Below are positions 1-9,036 of a stretch of DNA of 64,000 nt, piece after piece. The stretch is from Bacteroidota bacterium (lineage in GTDB: Bacteria; Bacteroidota; Bacteroidia; Bacteroidales; GCA-2711565). The translations under genes and the position numbers were made by a program. The notes beneath the pieces were generated by a model. The model was not told the origin of the DNA, made no database searches, and saw only the letters and a program-made list of their open reading frames with translations. How positions within the stretch are numbered: position 1 is the first letter of the stretch; each line of letters begins with the position of its first letter. The DNA is taken from NCBI GenBank assembly GCA_018816945.1, contig JAHIVC010000030.1:13053-77052 (forward strand), read 5' to 3'.

Positions 1-591
1 ATAAGTCGGGGTCCCGTCCTTGTCATCTACAATAAATAATTCTTTTCTGCCATTCTTTAATTGCTCCATGATTTTTTGAATGAATTTTTTGTCTTTTGTT
101 GGTCCTGCACCCATCATCCAACCTGCTCGACAAACCAAATAGCGTTTTGCATTTTCAACTACAAATCGTTCACCCATATATTTAGATCTAGCATAAACAC
201 CTAATGGATTAGGTTGATCCCAATCATCATACAATGCCTTCTTACCATCAAAAATACCTGCTGAAGAGATGTAAAGCAATGGAATATTTAATTTATTTGC
301 AATGTTTACAGCAGTTTCTACCGATATAGTATTCGTCGCATAGGTGTCATCTTCATTCTGCTCACAGAATTCCAGGTCTGTGTAGGCTCCTAAATGAAAA
401 AGATAGTCGGGTTTAAATTCGATTACTTGTTTCATGTATTCATCTGAATCCCGAAAATCCAGAAAATTTAACCATACTGAATTTACATCTTTATCTGTGC
501 ATTTCAAATCATATTCGTTATTATATTCCCTATAAAAAGCTTCTCCAAGCATTCCGCCACATCCTGTAATAAATATTTTTTTCTTCACCAT
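1..591 (-). CDS. RmlD-like NAD(P)-dependent sugar-nucleotide reductase/epimerase, N-terminal 197 codons (gene continues past window start)
   Basis: Own translation from ATG at 591 (absent from ORF track because there is no stop in the window): MVKKKIFITGCGGMLGEAF...YARSKYMGE...VDDKDGTPTY. Rossmann GxxGxxG and YxxxK motifs; frame open to base 1. The ATG shares 1 nt with the TAA of the upstream GT2 gene. Confidence 0.75.
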   Translation of the reverse strand, partial: MVKKKIFITGCGGMLGEAFYREYNNEYDLKCTDKDVNSVWLNFLDFRDSDEYMKQVIEFKPDYLFHLGAYTDLEFCEQNEDDTYATNTISVETAVNIANKLNIPLLYISSAGIFDGKKALYDDWDQPNPLGVYARSKYMGERFVVENAKRYLVCRAGWMMGAGPTKDKKFIQKIMEQLKNGRKELFIVDDKDGTPTY

Positions 592-1604
592 TAGTATTTA
601 TAGATTAGATTTTTAAAATTCTGAAATGAAAAAAGATTCATTAATAATTGTATATTGAATATTTTTGAGTTGAAAAAAATTAAGATTCTTTTTTTGAGAG
701 GAATATTATTTTTATGAAAGCACACAATTATCCAGTATATTAAAATTACTTTACGAAGGCTATTTTCAGAAAGACTTTTTTCCCTCCTGTTAATCATTAG
801 AAGCTTTAGGTACCATTTTTCTATGGCGTGAATATCAAACAAGCTAATATTTTTCGTAATGGGGAGTAAATTATGAATGCTTTTTTCTTCTTCGCTCAAT
901 TCAATTGAAAATGCCTGCTCTACTATCTTATGTCTTATTTTTTTAAATATTTCATTTTGAATATTTTCATTCAAATGACTAACATTACTGTTATGCCATC
1001 GAATTAAGAGTAAAGCATTAGGCAAATTTGCCAATTTGGCTTTTGTTGAAATTTTAAACCACAGATAATAATCTTCTGCAGGATAATAAGACAAGTCATA
1101 TTTCATACTATTATCTTCTAAAAGCAAACTCCTCCTAATCATGACAGATGAATGAATGAAAGGATTTCGAATAATCATATTTGCCCTTATATCCTGATCA
1201 TTTAATGGCATAGAAGTATGCCAATGTTTCTTGCCGAAAAATATTGCATTTGTACCACAAATTCCGACATCTAAATTGTTTTCCATATACCGAACCTGCA
1301 ACATCAATCTATCAGGCAGTGATATGTCATCATGATCCTGTCTTGCGATGTATTCTCCTTTTGAATGTGTAATTAATTGATTGAGAGAATGAACATACCC
1401 TTGGTTAATTTTATTTTTAAAAACTTTTATACGGCCATCTTTGTAGCTTGAAATAATTTTATGGGATTTATCATTACTACAATCATCGATAATTAAAAAT
1501 TCAAAATCAATAAATTTTTGATTTAAAATACTGTCCAGGGTCTTACAAATAAACTTTTCAGCGTTGTAAACAGACATTATAACAGACACTTTGGGATTAC
1601 TCAT
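591..1604 (-). CDS. family 2 (GT-A fold) glycosyltransferase
   Basis: VSVIMSVYNAEKFI, IIDDCSNDKS and RQDHDDIS (DxD) motifs. ATGA overlap with the upstream gene at 1601-1604. Confidence 0.85.
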   Translation of the reverse strand: MSNPKVSVIMSVYNAEKFICKTLDSILNQKFIDFEFLIIDDCSNDKSHKIISSYKDGRIKVFKNKINQGYVHSLNQLITHSKGEYIARQDHDDISLPDRLMLQVRYMENNLDVGICGTNAIFFGKKHWHTSMPLNDQDIRANMIIRNPFIHSSVMIRRSLLLEDNSMKYDLSYYPAEDYYLWFKISTKAKLANLPNALLLIRWHNSNVSHLNENIQNEIFKKIRHKIVEQAFSIELSEEEKSIHNLLPITKNISLFDIHAIEKWYLKLLMINRREKSLSENSLRKVILIYWIIVCFHKNNIPLKKRILIFFNSKIFNIQLLMNLFSFQNFKNLIYKY

Positions 1605-2326
1605 ATACTATTTTTTGTAATCATTAAATCGAGTAATTCAAGGTCACTCCTTTTAATTTGTAAAAGAATGAACTTATTATGCAGATTTTGATGGGGAGAA
1701 AATAACTTTGCATTTTCCAACAGGTATTGTTGAGAATTTTGAAATGGTTTTTCCAAAAACTTGCTTGACAATGGAACTTTATCGCAAAGGGATTTGTAGG
1801 AATTTTTTAAAAATTCTTTCTGACCGGATCTAAGGTGACCTCTATTATAATAAATTGCAATGAATAACATATGGATAATATCATAGCCCCAATACTCTGC
1901 TTCGGATTTATGGAAATGCTCCCAATCAATTAAATAAATAACTCCTCTATTAATTATTATGTTACTTATAACCAAATCCCCATGAATGGCAATTCTACCT
2001 TCTTCCATCTTCCATAAATTCTTGTAAAGGTCAATAACACTTTCAAAAATTCCTTCATTTCCTTTGATGCCACTTTCTGATTTTTTATTCCATCCATTAT
2101 AATACGGAATTTTTATTTTGCAATAATAATCATTGTCAAAAGAAATGTTATTAACCCACCCATTTCTAGAATAATACCATTCATACCCATTCAATTCATT
2201 CTTTATGAAAGTGTTCCCAATTTCAGATACCGCAACCTTTAAATAGTATTTAATGGATGTGTCAAAGCATCTGAAAATAGCGATACCATTGTTATGATGA
2301 TTAACATTTACTAATTCGTAATTCAT
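1601..2326 (-). CDS. APH/choline-kinase-fold phosphotransferase (LicA-like small-molecule or sugar kinase)
   Basis: IAIHGDLVISNIIINRGVIYLIDWEHF matches the HxDxxxxN catalytic loop plus the IDWE metal-binding motif of this kinase fold. Confidence 0.6.
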   Translation of the reverse strand: MNYELVNVNHHNNGIAIFRCFDTSIKYYLKVAVSEIGNTFIKNELNGYEWYYSRNGWVNNISFDNDYYCKIKIPYYNGWNKKSESGIKGNEGIFESVIDLYKNLWKMEEGRIAIHGDLVISNIIINRGVIYLIDWEHFHKSEAEYWGYDIIHMLFIAIYYNRGHLRSGQKEFLKNSYKSLCDKVPLSSKFLEKPFQNSQQYLLENAKLFSPHQNLHNKFILLQIKRSDLELLDLMITKNSI

Positions 2327-2399
2327 GCTTGTGATTTTATTGGACTTAACACAGTACTAACAATAAATGTGAAACCAATTATTAAAGATCTCTGAATCT

Positions 2400-3455
2400 T
2401 TAACTATTACTGTTTTTTTTATAGGCAATTATGATAAATGCGGGTGCCAATGAGAAGATTTTTAATTTTTTAAATATTATAAAATCCATTATTTTTATTA
2501 TTTTAAAAACAATTTTTGCCCATAAGTCAGTTCTCTTTTTCCAATAAAAAACTGTTTTAAAGTGGTCAAAATATTTTTTTTCAGCCGGAATAATTTTAAG
2601 AGGGAAATGGTAATCAGGGAAAGCGACAGAAAACTTGTATCGATCAAACCCCGCCTCACTCAACAATTTTTTTAATTCTTTAATTGAATATATATAATTG
2701 ACATATGGCCGACCGTACCAAATATTTGAAATAATATTCGCAAAAAATCTTGGCAAAATAGTAGTAAAATAAAGATTTGAATGCGGATCTCTTTTCCATA
2801 AAAAATGTTTATAATCGTATCTGTTTTCTATAGCCAAGTAAAGCCTGCCATTACTTTTTAGGGTTTTATTCACATTTTTTAAAAATGCCAATTGCTCTAA
2901 TCGGGGATTTGTTTCAGGAGTAACAAATTTTATTCTTTTCTTTTTGAAATGATCTTTTAGGTCGACTGCTTCCTGTTGAGGTATCCATTCCAAGACCCCG
3001 TTGACAATTGAAAAATCAAATACTCCTTCAATATTCAATCCATTTCTCAAGTTTGCATTCAACAAATAACAATTATTTATTTTTTCCTCTTCTATTCTTT
3101 TCTTCAAAAACTTTAATGAATCAATTGTTTGATCAACACCCAGCATCGCCTTACATTGACGAGCTGCAACCAGCATTAGATTTCCCCACATACACCCATA
3201 ATCAATTCCTATTTCATTTTTTTGTATCTCAAGAAGCTGCAACCCAACAGCTCTTGTCTGATCAAATATCATATTATAATACTGAGAAAAATTCTCTTCT
3301 ATTGCTTCTTTTGTTGATTTAGTCTCTAAACTTAAGAATAGAGTTTCTTGATCTTTTTGAGAAAAATTACTCCAATACCCTTCAGTAGATGATTGGTGAT
3401 AAATTGCATTATAATAGTCGAATTTTGACATCAACATATCTCTTAATTCATTCAT
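2400..3455 (-). CDS. class I SAM-dependent methyltransferase
   Basis: GIDYGCMWGN (motif I-like) and FDFSIVNGVLEWI (motif II/III-like); hydrophobic C-terminus. Confidence 0.55.
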   Translation of the reverse strand: MNELRDMLMSKFDYYNAIYHQSSTEGYWSNFSQKDQETLFLSLETKSTKEAIEENFSQYYNMIFDQTRAVGLQLLEIQKNEIGIDYGCMWGNLMLVAARQCKAMLGVDQTIDSLKFLKKRIEEEKINNCYLLNANLRNGLNIEGVFDFSIVNGVLEWIPQQEAVDLKDHFKKKRIKFVTPETNPRLEQLAFLKNVNKTLKSNGRLYLAIENRYDYKHFLWKRDPHSNLYFTTILPRFFANIISNIWYGRPYVNYIYSIKELKKLLSEAGFDRYKFSVAFPDYHFPLKIIPAEKKYFDHFKTVFYWKKRTDLWAKIVFKIIKIMDFIIFKKLKIFSLAPAFIIIAYKKNSNS

Positions 3456-3466
3456 ATTTAAATGAT

Positions 3467-4648
3467 TTATGATATTAAATCGTGGAAATTATATGCCATT
3501 TTTAGAGCATTGAATTTTTGGATATGTTCTTTTGCTTTATATGCCATTTTAGAATATTTTGTGGGATTATTATAGAAATCAATAATGGCCTCACAAATCA
3601 TATCTGGAGATTCTGGTGAAATTATTCTGGCGATGTCAGAATTATAATACTCAGGAATAGCTCCAACATTAGTAATAATAGTAGGAATCCCTATACTCAT
3701 CGCTTCAGCAATTGTATAGTTAAACGCTTCAAAATCTTTTGTCAACATTAATAAGACATCAAAGCAATTTATTATTTCATCCGATTTGTTTTCAATAAAT
3801 CCAGTAAAAATAACCCGATCTTGCAAATCATATTTTTTAACCAGAGACTTAAGTCTAAAAATCTCTTTCTTATTACCTCCGCCAACAATTAAGACTTTAA
3901 ATTTTATCTTTATTTCTTTCGGTAAACGGGATAGGGCAATGATTATATCTTCCTGCCCTTTGTACCTTTCGACTCTGCTAATAATTCCAAGAATAAACTC
4001 ATCCTTTGTTATGTTATATCTTTCTCTTAAATTAATATCAGCAAGCCCTAAACCGTTTATTAAATTAATGCCGTTGGGTATTACACGTATCGGATTTATC
4101 ATGGTATTGAAATGTCTTCTTTCCACCAGGGTGGTTCTTGTAGCCAAAGAAACAGTTACCAAATCAGTGGCACATTTTTGTAATCCAATAATTTTAATAG
4201 AGTCCAACAATATAAATATTGGAATTCTCGGCATCGCTGCATGATGGATCAGCAAAACACGTTTAGGGATTTTTAAAAAAGTTGAGCTAAAAATAATTGT
4301 AGTACAGCTCCTGGCACCAGGAAATCCACCATTATCAGATATTAAGACATCGAATTCCCCATGAATTTTTAATAAAAAAACCCCTCTTATAAACTCATAG
4401 AAAAAAATGAGCCAAGCAAAAAAGAAAGAAAATAAATAAAATCTGTCCCAATTAAATCGTTTATATTGAACCAACTTTAAGTTTTGAATTCTTTTTAAAT
4501 ACACAATGTTTTTTTTAACCCCATCATTATCATGATTGTAAAAAAGAATAAATTGGTCCTCTTTATCTGGCCAGTTTTGGAGTAAACATAATAGATGAGT
4601 GTCAACACCGCCATGTTCTTTAGAATCTAAATATATTGCAATTTTCAT
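3467..4648 (-). CDS. GT-B fold glycosyltransferase (family 4-like)
   Basis: C-terminal EAFNYTIAEAMSIGIPTIITNVGAIPEY (E-x7-E type motif); one N-proximal hydrophobic segment. Confidence 0.8.
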   Translation of the reverse strand: MKIAIYLDSKEHGGVDTHLLCLLQNWPDKEDQFILFYNHDNDGVKKNIVYLKRIQNLKLVQYKRFNWDRFYLFSFFFAWLIFFYEFIRGVFLLKIHGEFDVLISDNGGFPGARSCTTIIFSSTFLKIPKRVLLIHHAAMPRIPIFILLDSIKIIGLQKCATDLVTVSLATRTTLVERRHFNTMINPIRVIPNGINLINGLGLADINLRERYNITKDEFILGIISRVERYKGQEDIIIALSRLPKEIKIKFKVLIVGGGNKKEIFRLKSLVKKYDLQDRVIFTGFIENKSDEIINCFDVLLMLTKDFEAFNYTIAEAMSIGIPTIITNVGAIPEYYNSDIARIISPESPDMICEAIIDFYNNPTKYSKMAYKAKEHIQKFNALKMAYNFHDLIS

Positions 4649-4652
4649 AAGA

Positions 4653-5696
4653 TTATTTTCTAAATATTGTATTAAATAACAAAAACTTAAATCGTTTTTT
4701 ATATCTCGTAGTTATGGAGTTATTATCAGAAAACCATCCAAAAAGACGACTTTTAATTTGAAAGAAGTTTCCTGTTAAAGAAATTAAATAACCCAATTTC
4801 TCAAAAAAAACATTGTTAAAAAGAAAAACTCTTATAGAACCTAACTTCGTGTATTTATAAATACAATCCTTTATTGTTTTTTTTTCTTCTGAGCTCAAAT
4901 TCGAATCCGGATGCAATGCAAATTCCAAAGCCAAATCAAATTGTCCATAGGCGCACAAAATCAATACAATTTTCCAAATCTTTGTATGCTTAATTTGATC
5001 TTCTAATTTTTTATTATAAAAATGATCAATAGAAATGATAAAAAATGTGTCTGCGAACATTATTTGACCTCGGGTTGAGTTGGATATAGGTAAGTTTTTC
5101 TGTTTTGCATAATAATTACATACATCTATTAATACAAAGCCATTTTCATACATTAGGTTATAAATTTCCGGAAAAAAATGTTCCCCCTTATACATCTCAT
5201 TGTATTCAACTTCAATCTCAAAAAACAAACTATCAGAAATAAATTCATTGCCCATTCCTATTAATACCTGAAAAGCCAATCCTTGAACATCAATTTTTAC
5301 AATGTCAGGTAAAATATTATTGGTAACTAATATTTTCTTTAAGGGAATCGTTTGAATTTTTATTTGCTTTTCGACTTCCCACCTCTCAGATAAATAGAAT
5401 TTTGAAAGAAACTCATTGTTGGGACAAAGGATTGAAGAACATCCTGGCTCATTTGTTAAATATAAGCTAGACTCACCTTCAATATCAGATATGGCAATTG
5501 GGAAGTAGGTAATATTTTTAGTAGTGTTTTTATTTAATAAGGCACACTCTTCTTTATCTGGCTCAAAACCATAATAGATTATAAATTCGCTATCAACTCC
5601 ATCCCAAGGTGGGTTTACACCCCATCTAGCACCAATATCAATCAGCGTGATTTTTTCACTTTTAGGGAATGGCAATGATTTTAGTAATTTTTTCAT
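4653..5696 (-). CDS. FkbM-family methyltransferase
   Basis: LIDIGARWG and IVKIDVQGLAFQVL resemble the FkbM family signature (IDIGAxxG ... KIDvEG). Confidence 0.65.
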   Translation of the reverse strand: MKKLLKSLPFPKSEKITLIDIGARWGVNPPWDGVDSEFIIYYGFEPDKEECALLNKNTTKNITYFPIAISDIEGESSLYLTNEPGCSSILCPNNEFLSKFYLSERWEVEKQIKIQTIPLKKILVTNNILPDIVKIDVQGLAFQVLIGMGNEFISDSLFFEIEVEYNEMYKGEHFFPEIYNLMYENGFVLIDVCNYYAKQKNLPISNSTRGQIMFADTFFIISIDHFYNKKLEDQIKHTKIWKIVLILCAYGQFDLALEFALHPDSNLSSEEKKTIKDCIYKYTKLGSIRVFLFNNVFFEKLGYLISLTGNFFQIKSRLFGWFSDNNSITTRYKKRFKFLLFNTIFRK

Positions 5697-5749
5697 CTAG
5701 CACCTTAAAAATTTTGGAATGTACTATTTTAAAGATATTAACTTAATAA

Positions 5750-7591
5750 TTATTTTTTTGCTTGTTCAATAAGGAAATCTACAATTCGCTCACCTGATTT
5801 ACCGTCTATTTGACCAATATACTTATTGCCATATTTTTCTAAAAAATTGGTTAAAAAACCTGTTAATTCAGAGGCGTCATTAATATTGCGAAGAACTATA
5901 TCCAATAGCTCTTCACCTTTGCTAAGCCTTATAACCTCGTCCCAGTTTAATCCAGAATATGGTAAACATAATGAACCCTCTATTAAATTTGGTTCAAAGA
6001 ATATTGTTGGAATTCCGGCTGCCTGGGCTTCAAAAAAACAAGATGAGACATTACAAACCAACAAATCCATAGTACCAATAATTTCAGAGAAAGGGATTGA
6101 AAAGAAGCTATTGAATTTTAGGCTATTTTCTTTAACTCCCACAAATTCAAATATGTATTTGAAATATTCAGCGGATTCATTGTGAGGTCTAAAATAAACT
6201 TCAATACCTTTCTTAGCTAATTGTGGGAATAAGGGGATGATTTCTGCTAAATATTTTTCGCGAAATGCAAAACGATCCATGCGGGCAAAATGGTTATCTT
6301 CAAATGAGAGAAACAATACCCTATGAATTTTTTTAATCTCCTTTTTGGAAGTTTTGAAATAAGGATCGATACAAGGAGAACCAGTAACGCAATGAATGTC
6401 ATTTTTATTGTAGGGATCATATGATCCTGCTAAAAAACGGATATCATAATCAGGTATTTGTGCTATTGAGCTACTCGCACGAAAACCCTGAATTCCATGA
6501 TCAACAAAAGCATATAAAATATCATTTCTTTTGCAGATATCCTTTCTAAGTTGTGCATTTTCACCTTCAGACTCAATGTCTATCATTATTTTAATTTTAT
6601 TTTTAATTAATGCCCATTCTAATTTATTACGTGATAACAGCAAATTAGGAATCTCATTACTTGTTAGTTGTATAGCAACACGCTGATAGAAAGGAGAATA
6701 GTCAATACCATGATAGCAATATGAATTGTTTGATTTGTTTTTAATTCTTGCACTTAAGGCAGTTAAAAATTGATCATCAAATTTAGAAAGAGGAGTCTTG
6801 GTCGTTTCAAGATTTATAAAAGACGTGTGAAAATGATTAATCAATTTTTTTACATACAGATTGGGTATAAATAGGTGAGCCTTTTGATTTTCAATTAGTG
6901 ATATTAGGTTTGGATAATTATTAATAAAGATTCTAGTTTTGCCACGATGTCGTAAAATATTTATTTTATTGATGGTATATTCTAAAAAGGTTATCAAAAT
7001 TTTTCGAATTAATTGTTGGATTATTCTTTTTACAGAAGTTTTTGATTTTATTTGTAATTTTTGATTTGCAATTATCCCAGAGGGAATAACCTGATTGCAA
7101 GGAATAAAGGTTAAGGTAATATCTAGCTGTTTGCAAACCAATTCTGCAAGTTCAACTTTGCTAAAGATTCGTTCCACATCATTACCATTCTTGTAAAAAG
7201 TGTTTTCATTATCTGAAAAGTCACAAAATACATGTTCCGGTTTGAATTGAGATACCGCCCAGCGTATAACCTCTCCGTATTTAACCAAGATATTTAATAA
7301 ATAACTTTTATTAATCAAGATACGTGATATCTCCCCAAAAGAAAAACCATTATACTGTGAAATATCACCTTCGGGTTTATTATACCAATAAGAAGTAAAC
7401 TCATCTGTAATTTCTTGTAGATTTGAGAAATCTTTACCTGAAAATAGATCATCAATGAAAAAGACTTCTTTACATTGCTCGCTCTTACTCAAAGATAAGT
7501 ATGGGAGATAATTAAAACAAATAACAACATCATTGTTGTGTAGTAGCTTAGCTATAACACTTTTATCGTTCTCTATTAGAAAAACATTCAT
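5750..7591 (-). CDS. hypothetical 613-aa protein with GT-B-like C-terminal lobe (possible polymerising glycosyl- or phospho-transferase)
   Basis: Long intact ORF in operon register. C-terminal LLVCNVSSCFFEAQAAGIPTIFFEP resembles the nucleotide-sugar-binding lobe of TagF/KpsC-type enzymes. No firm family recognised. Confidence 0.4.
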   Translation of the reverse strand: MNVFLIENDKSVIAKLLHNNDVVICFNYLPYLSLSKSEQCKEVFFIDDLFSGKDFSNLQEITDEFTSYWYNKPEGDISQYNGFSFGEISRILINKSYLLNILVKYGEVIRWAVSQFKPEHVFCDFSDNENTFYKNGNDVERIFSKVELAELVCKQLDITLTFIPCNQVIPSGIIANQKLQIKSKTSVKRIIQQLIRKILITFLEYTINKINILRHRGKTRIFINNYPNLISLIENQKAHLFIPNLYVKKLINHFHTSFINLETTKTPLSKFDDQFLTALSARIKNKSNNSYCYHGIDYSPFYQRVAIQLTSNEIPNLLLSRNKLEWALIKNKIKIMIDIESEGENAQLRKDICKRNDILYAFVDHGIQGFRASSSIAQIPDYDIRFLAGSYDPYNKNDIHCVTGSPCIDPYFKTSKKEIKKIHRVLFLSFEDNHFARMDRFAFREKYLAEIIPLFPQLAKKGIEVYFRPHNESAEYFKYIFEFVGVKENSLKFNSFFSIPFSEIIGTMDLLVCNVSSCFFEAQAAGIPTIFFEPNLIEGSLCLPYSGLNWDEVIRLSKGEELLDIVLRNINDASELTGFLTNFLEKYGNKYIGQIDGKSGERIVDFLIEQAKK

Positions 7592-7680
7592 TAAACTTAA
7601 GCGCTGAAATTCATTAAGAATAACTTATTGTTAATTTGTTAAATAATAACTGGAAAGTAGAGATTTTTTGTTCTTTCCTC

Positions 7681-9036
7681 TCATTTTATTTGTTCACTAC
7701 CTTCTGGTAGTATCTTAATCCGAATTAATTCCTCAATGAAATCTAATAAAATATAATCATCCCATTTTCTAGAAATGAATTGTACACCGAAAGGCATGTT
7801 TTCCGGACAACGAAATTTTGGAGCCGAAACTGCAGGAATGTGTGCCATTGTCCATATAAGTGATGGATCTGAAAGCTCTAAACTACCCCTTTCAGGTGCT
7901 GAGCTCGAAGTTGAAAGAGAAATTCCAACATCAAAAGGGGTTAGTAATTGATCTACCTCAGCAATTATTCTCTGTTGTTGGGAAAGAGCATGTTTGAAAG
8001 TGTCTAACGAAATCTCCTTTCCTCTCTCAATCATTTCATACATAATAGGCGAAATCTCAGTGGCTCCTTGATTAATCTCATTTTGAAAATAATATGATAA
8101 TGATTTGGAATAAATTATTTCATGTATAAAGTGTGTTTCTGATAGACTGGATGGCCAGTTAATCTCTGTTACATTTATGTCGTGTTTGCTATCAAGTTGG
8201 TTGACAAAGTTTTGTAGCGATAATTTAGCATAATCTTTTGCTGAATCCCAAGTGTGAGTTTTAATTAATGCAACTTCCCAATGTTCCTTTCTCTTGTTTT
8301 CAGCGAGTTTTTTATCAATATTTTGAAATACAAACGGATAATTAGGACCTTTGACTCGTAATTGATTATATATAGGCCGAATGCTCATGCCATTAGCAGA
8401 CAGAAAGCCTACTGTATCTAGGGTATCCGTAGTTTTTAGAATTCCCGTTCTTGGTATTGTGCCAAAAGAGGGTTTAAACCCCCAGATTCCACAAAAACTT
8501 GCAGGTCGCATAATCGATCCTGCTGTTTGGGTACCCAGCGCAAAAGGTACCATTCCGCAAGCAACTGCTGCAGCTGATCCACTTGATGATGTTCCGGGTG
8601 TTTTTGAATTATTATGTGGATTAAGTGTCTGGTTTAATTGATGAACCGCAAACTCAGCAGTCACAGTTTTACCAGCCACGATACCTCCACTATTACAAAT
8701 CGAATCAACAACTCTGGCATTGTTGCCAGGAGTAAATCCTTTCCATAAAACCGAACCCATCTGTGTTGGATACTCACGGGTATTGAAAATATCTTTAACT
8801 CCAAATGGAATTCCTTCAAGTTCGAGAGCATGACCACGACGTTTATAAATTGAAGCGGCAATTTCACTGGCTTGAATAAGCCTGTCGGGGTCGAATACCT
8901 CCCATGCTAAGCATTTTTTCTCATGGATAGAGAAAGCATCAATTGTTTCATTTATCAACTCAGTATGAGAGAGACTATGATCCTTGATTTTATCAACGAG
9001 CTCTGAAATTGAGTAATTAAGGAAAAGTGAATTCAT
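7681..9036 (-). CDS. amidase-signature (GatA-like) amidohydrolase
   Basis: GIPFGVKDIF plus the Gly/Ser-rich signature GTSSSGSAAAVACGMVPFALGTQTAGSIMRPASFCG. ATGA overlap (9033-9036) with the upstream amidotransferase. Confidence 0.85.
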   Translation of the reverse strand: MNSLFLNYSISELVDKIKDHSLSHTELINETIDAFSIHEKKCLAWEVFDPDRLIQASEIAASIYKRRGHALELEGIPFGVKDIFNTREYPTQMGSVLWKGFTPGNNARVVDSICNSGGIVAGKTVTAEFAVHQLNQTLNPHNNSKTPGTSSSGSAAAVACGMVPFALGTQTAGSIMRPASFCGIWGFKPSFGTIPRTGILKTTDTLDTVGFLSANGMSIRPIYNQLRVKGPNYPFVFQNIDKKLAENKRKEHWEVALIKTHTWDSAKDYAKLSLQNFVNQLDSKHDINVTEINWPSSLSETHFIHEIIYSKSLSYYFQNEINQGATEISPIMYEMIERGKEISLDTFKHALSQQQRIIAEVDQLLTPFDVGISLSTSSSAPERGSLELSDPSLIWTMAHIPAVSAPKFRCPENMPFGVQFISRKWDDYILLDFIEELIRIKILPEGSEQIK

